The notes under the pieces are model-generated. The model saw nothing but the letters and a program-made list of their open reading frames with translations, made no database searches and had not been told where the DNA came from. A program made the position numbers and the translations under genes. Of a stretch of 64,000 nt of DNA, positions 62,526 to 64,000 are shown piece by piece. The stretch comes from Podarcis muralis (taxonomy: Eukaryota). Numbering within the stretch: the first letter of the stretch is position 1; each line of letters begins with the position of its first letter. The stretch spans positions 75,516,001-75,580,000 of the forward strand of contig NC_135656.1 in NCBI RefSeq assembly GCF_964188315.1, in the 5' to 3' direction.

Positions 62526-62788
62526 ATAAAATAATATACACACACACTTACACACTTGGTTGTGTACAAACCTCTACTCCAAAGGTGAAGCTAGATATCA
62601 AAGCACAGGTACCTACAATATCCTTTAGGAATGGAAAACTGGGGCAGGAGAGGGTGCTTAACTCTTTCCCTGCTTTTCTTTCTTTTTTTCTTTTCCCCAG
62701 TTATTCAACTTTAAACTAGTCTCCATCACCACCACCATTCCTTCTGCAGAGTTCCAAATTCACATTTGTGACAGCAGAAGACACCTAC

Positions 62789-62853
62789 CTGTGGTTTGTC
62801 TCTGTGCGTATTTACAGCTTCAACATTCAGAAATATAGATTCCACCTTGCAAC
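62789..62853 (-). CDS. PFKFB4: 6-phosphofructo-2-kinase/fructose-2,6-bisphosphatase 4, penultimate coding exon ([22 protein letters not shown])
   Basis: Minus-strand tttacag acceptor and gtaggt donor, 65 nt; peptide matches my recollection of human PFKFB4 [22 protein letters not shown]. Not in the ORF track because it is short. Confidence 0.95.
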
Positions 62854-64000
62854 CTGTAAACAGAAGTAAACTTTTAGATGTTTGTCTTCCATGTTTTAGG
62901 AGCCGCCATCACTGTAAAATCAGTTCTTGTTTCCATCTCCACAATGGGAATGATAATACTTTAAAAGTCAGTAGTGACTAACTTAAGCCCATTGAAACTA
63001 ATGGATCTACTCAAGAGTATGACTTAAGATACAAAAGCATTAAGATACCAAATGAATTTGCAATTCACAATTTATTTTGGACACTAGATGTCACTACAGA
63101 CTTCTGTTTCCTTAAAAGAACAACCACATATTAAAAGAGTGATCCACTCCGGCTACAAAGAACAAGAACACAGTGAATGGTAACCAATGTACTTTAGTTG
63201 AACCAGCTAGAATTTCAAAATTCAGGATTCAAACTCTCTCAGGCTTGAGATCAGAAAAGGAAAAGTAAGCCAAAGCTTATGCCGCTTCAGAAATTTTATA
63301 ATGGGCAAAAGGAAACGGAAGGTAATACTGAAGATTAAATCAGTTCACAGGGCAAGCATTTCACACACAACAGTGACGTCAACTTACAAATACATCAACA
63401 GCATGAGTTCTTAATTTTTATCCTTCACACACCAATAATAAACTCAATGCCCTAGTGTATGCCCTTTAGTCAAAATGGCATCATCTACACACAAGGAGGT
63501 GGTAGAAGCAGGGTTCGTATAGGTACAGAGAAAAACCACACAAAACAATGGGGAAATCTCCCCCAAACAGCCCAATGAGGACAGGACATAGAATACTGAC
63601 TTGTCTGCTAGGCAGGGGAAGACTGAAATTTGGGAGGGAGGGACATGGAATTGTGTTTCCCCAAAGAGAGCATGGTTTGCTGGCATCCTTAACACAACCA
63701 CACTACATTTTATTGCCAATCTGTTTCATGTAAATTCCTAGCCTGCCCCAATCTGAAGACTCAGGAAGAACAGAGACAAAAAGAATAAATTTTAATTTTA
63801 ACAGGATGATTAACTAAGCAATCAAATCCCAATGATGACCTGCACATTTACAATTTGCAATGTGCAACCCTATGCACACTAACATGAGAGTAAATCTCTC
63901 TGAATTCAATGGGGCTTACATCTGAGTAGGCATGTGTTGGATGGTGCTATGAAACACTGTCATGGACTTTCTGGTAACTTTATATAAAAAGTGAACAATT

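Noticed and set aside
62293-62547. Hydrophobic YYIIL-repeat ORF
   Set aside because: Translation of the (TAATA)17 microsatellite.

Overview
Eukaryotic genomic DNA from a squamate reptile, probably a lacertid lizard (inferred from Sauria SINEs and associated repeats). The window holds two convergent genes. PRKCD (protein kinase C delta) lies on the + strand; I assembled 17 coding exons (15558-43409, all GT-AG introns) into an uninterrupted 2046-nt CDS encoding 681 aa. The last two coding exons of PFKFB4 lie on the - strand (62789-62853 and 57421-57480). No CpG-island promoter is visible upstream of the PRKCD start exon, so the main promoter is probably left of the window. The rest is intron, UTR and intergenic DNA with Sauria SINEs, other tRNA-derived SINEs, CR1 and L2 fragments, Tc1/mariner- and hAT-type MITEs, microsatellites and one 144-N assembly gap. 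The most striking non-coding object is a TSD-flanked Penelope-like insertion (50298-50526). It is a perfect 87-bp-arm palindrome carrying a minimal hammerhead ribozyme on each strand, and a probable second copy is hidden in the N gap inside a PRKCD intron. Other hypotheses: an intronic CpG-rich candidate promoter that could give a pseudosubstrate-less PKC-delta, an inverted MITE pair bracketing the start-codon exon, an overlapping uORF, and a candidate alternative last exon of PFKFB4. All comparisons with human proteins and repeat families are from memory; no searches were run.
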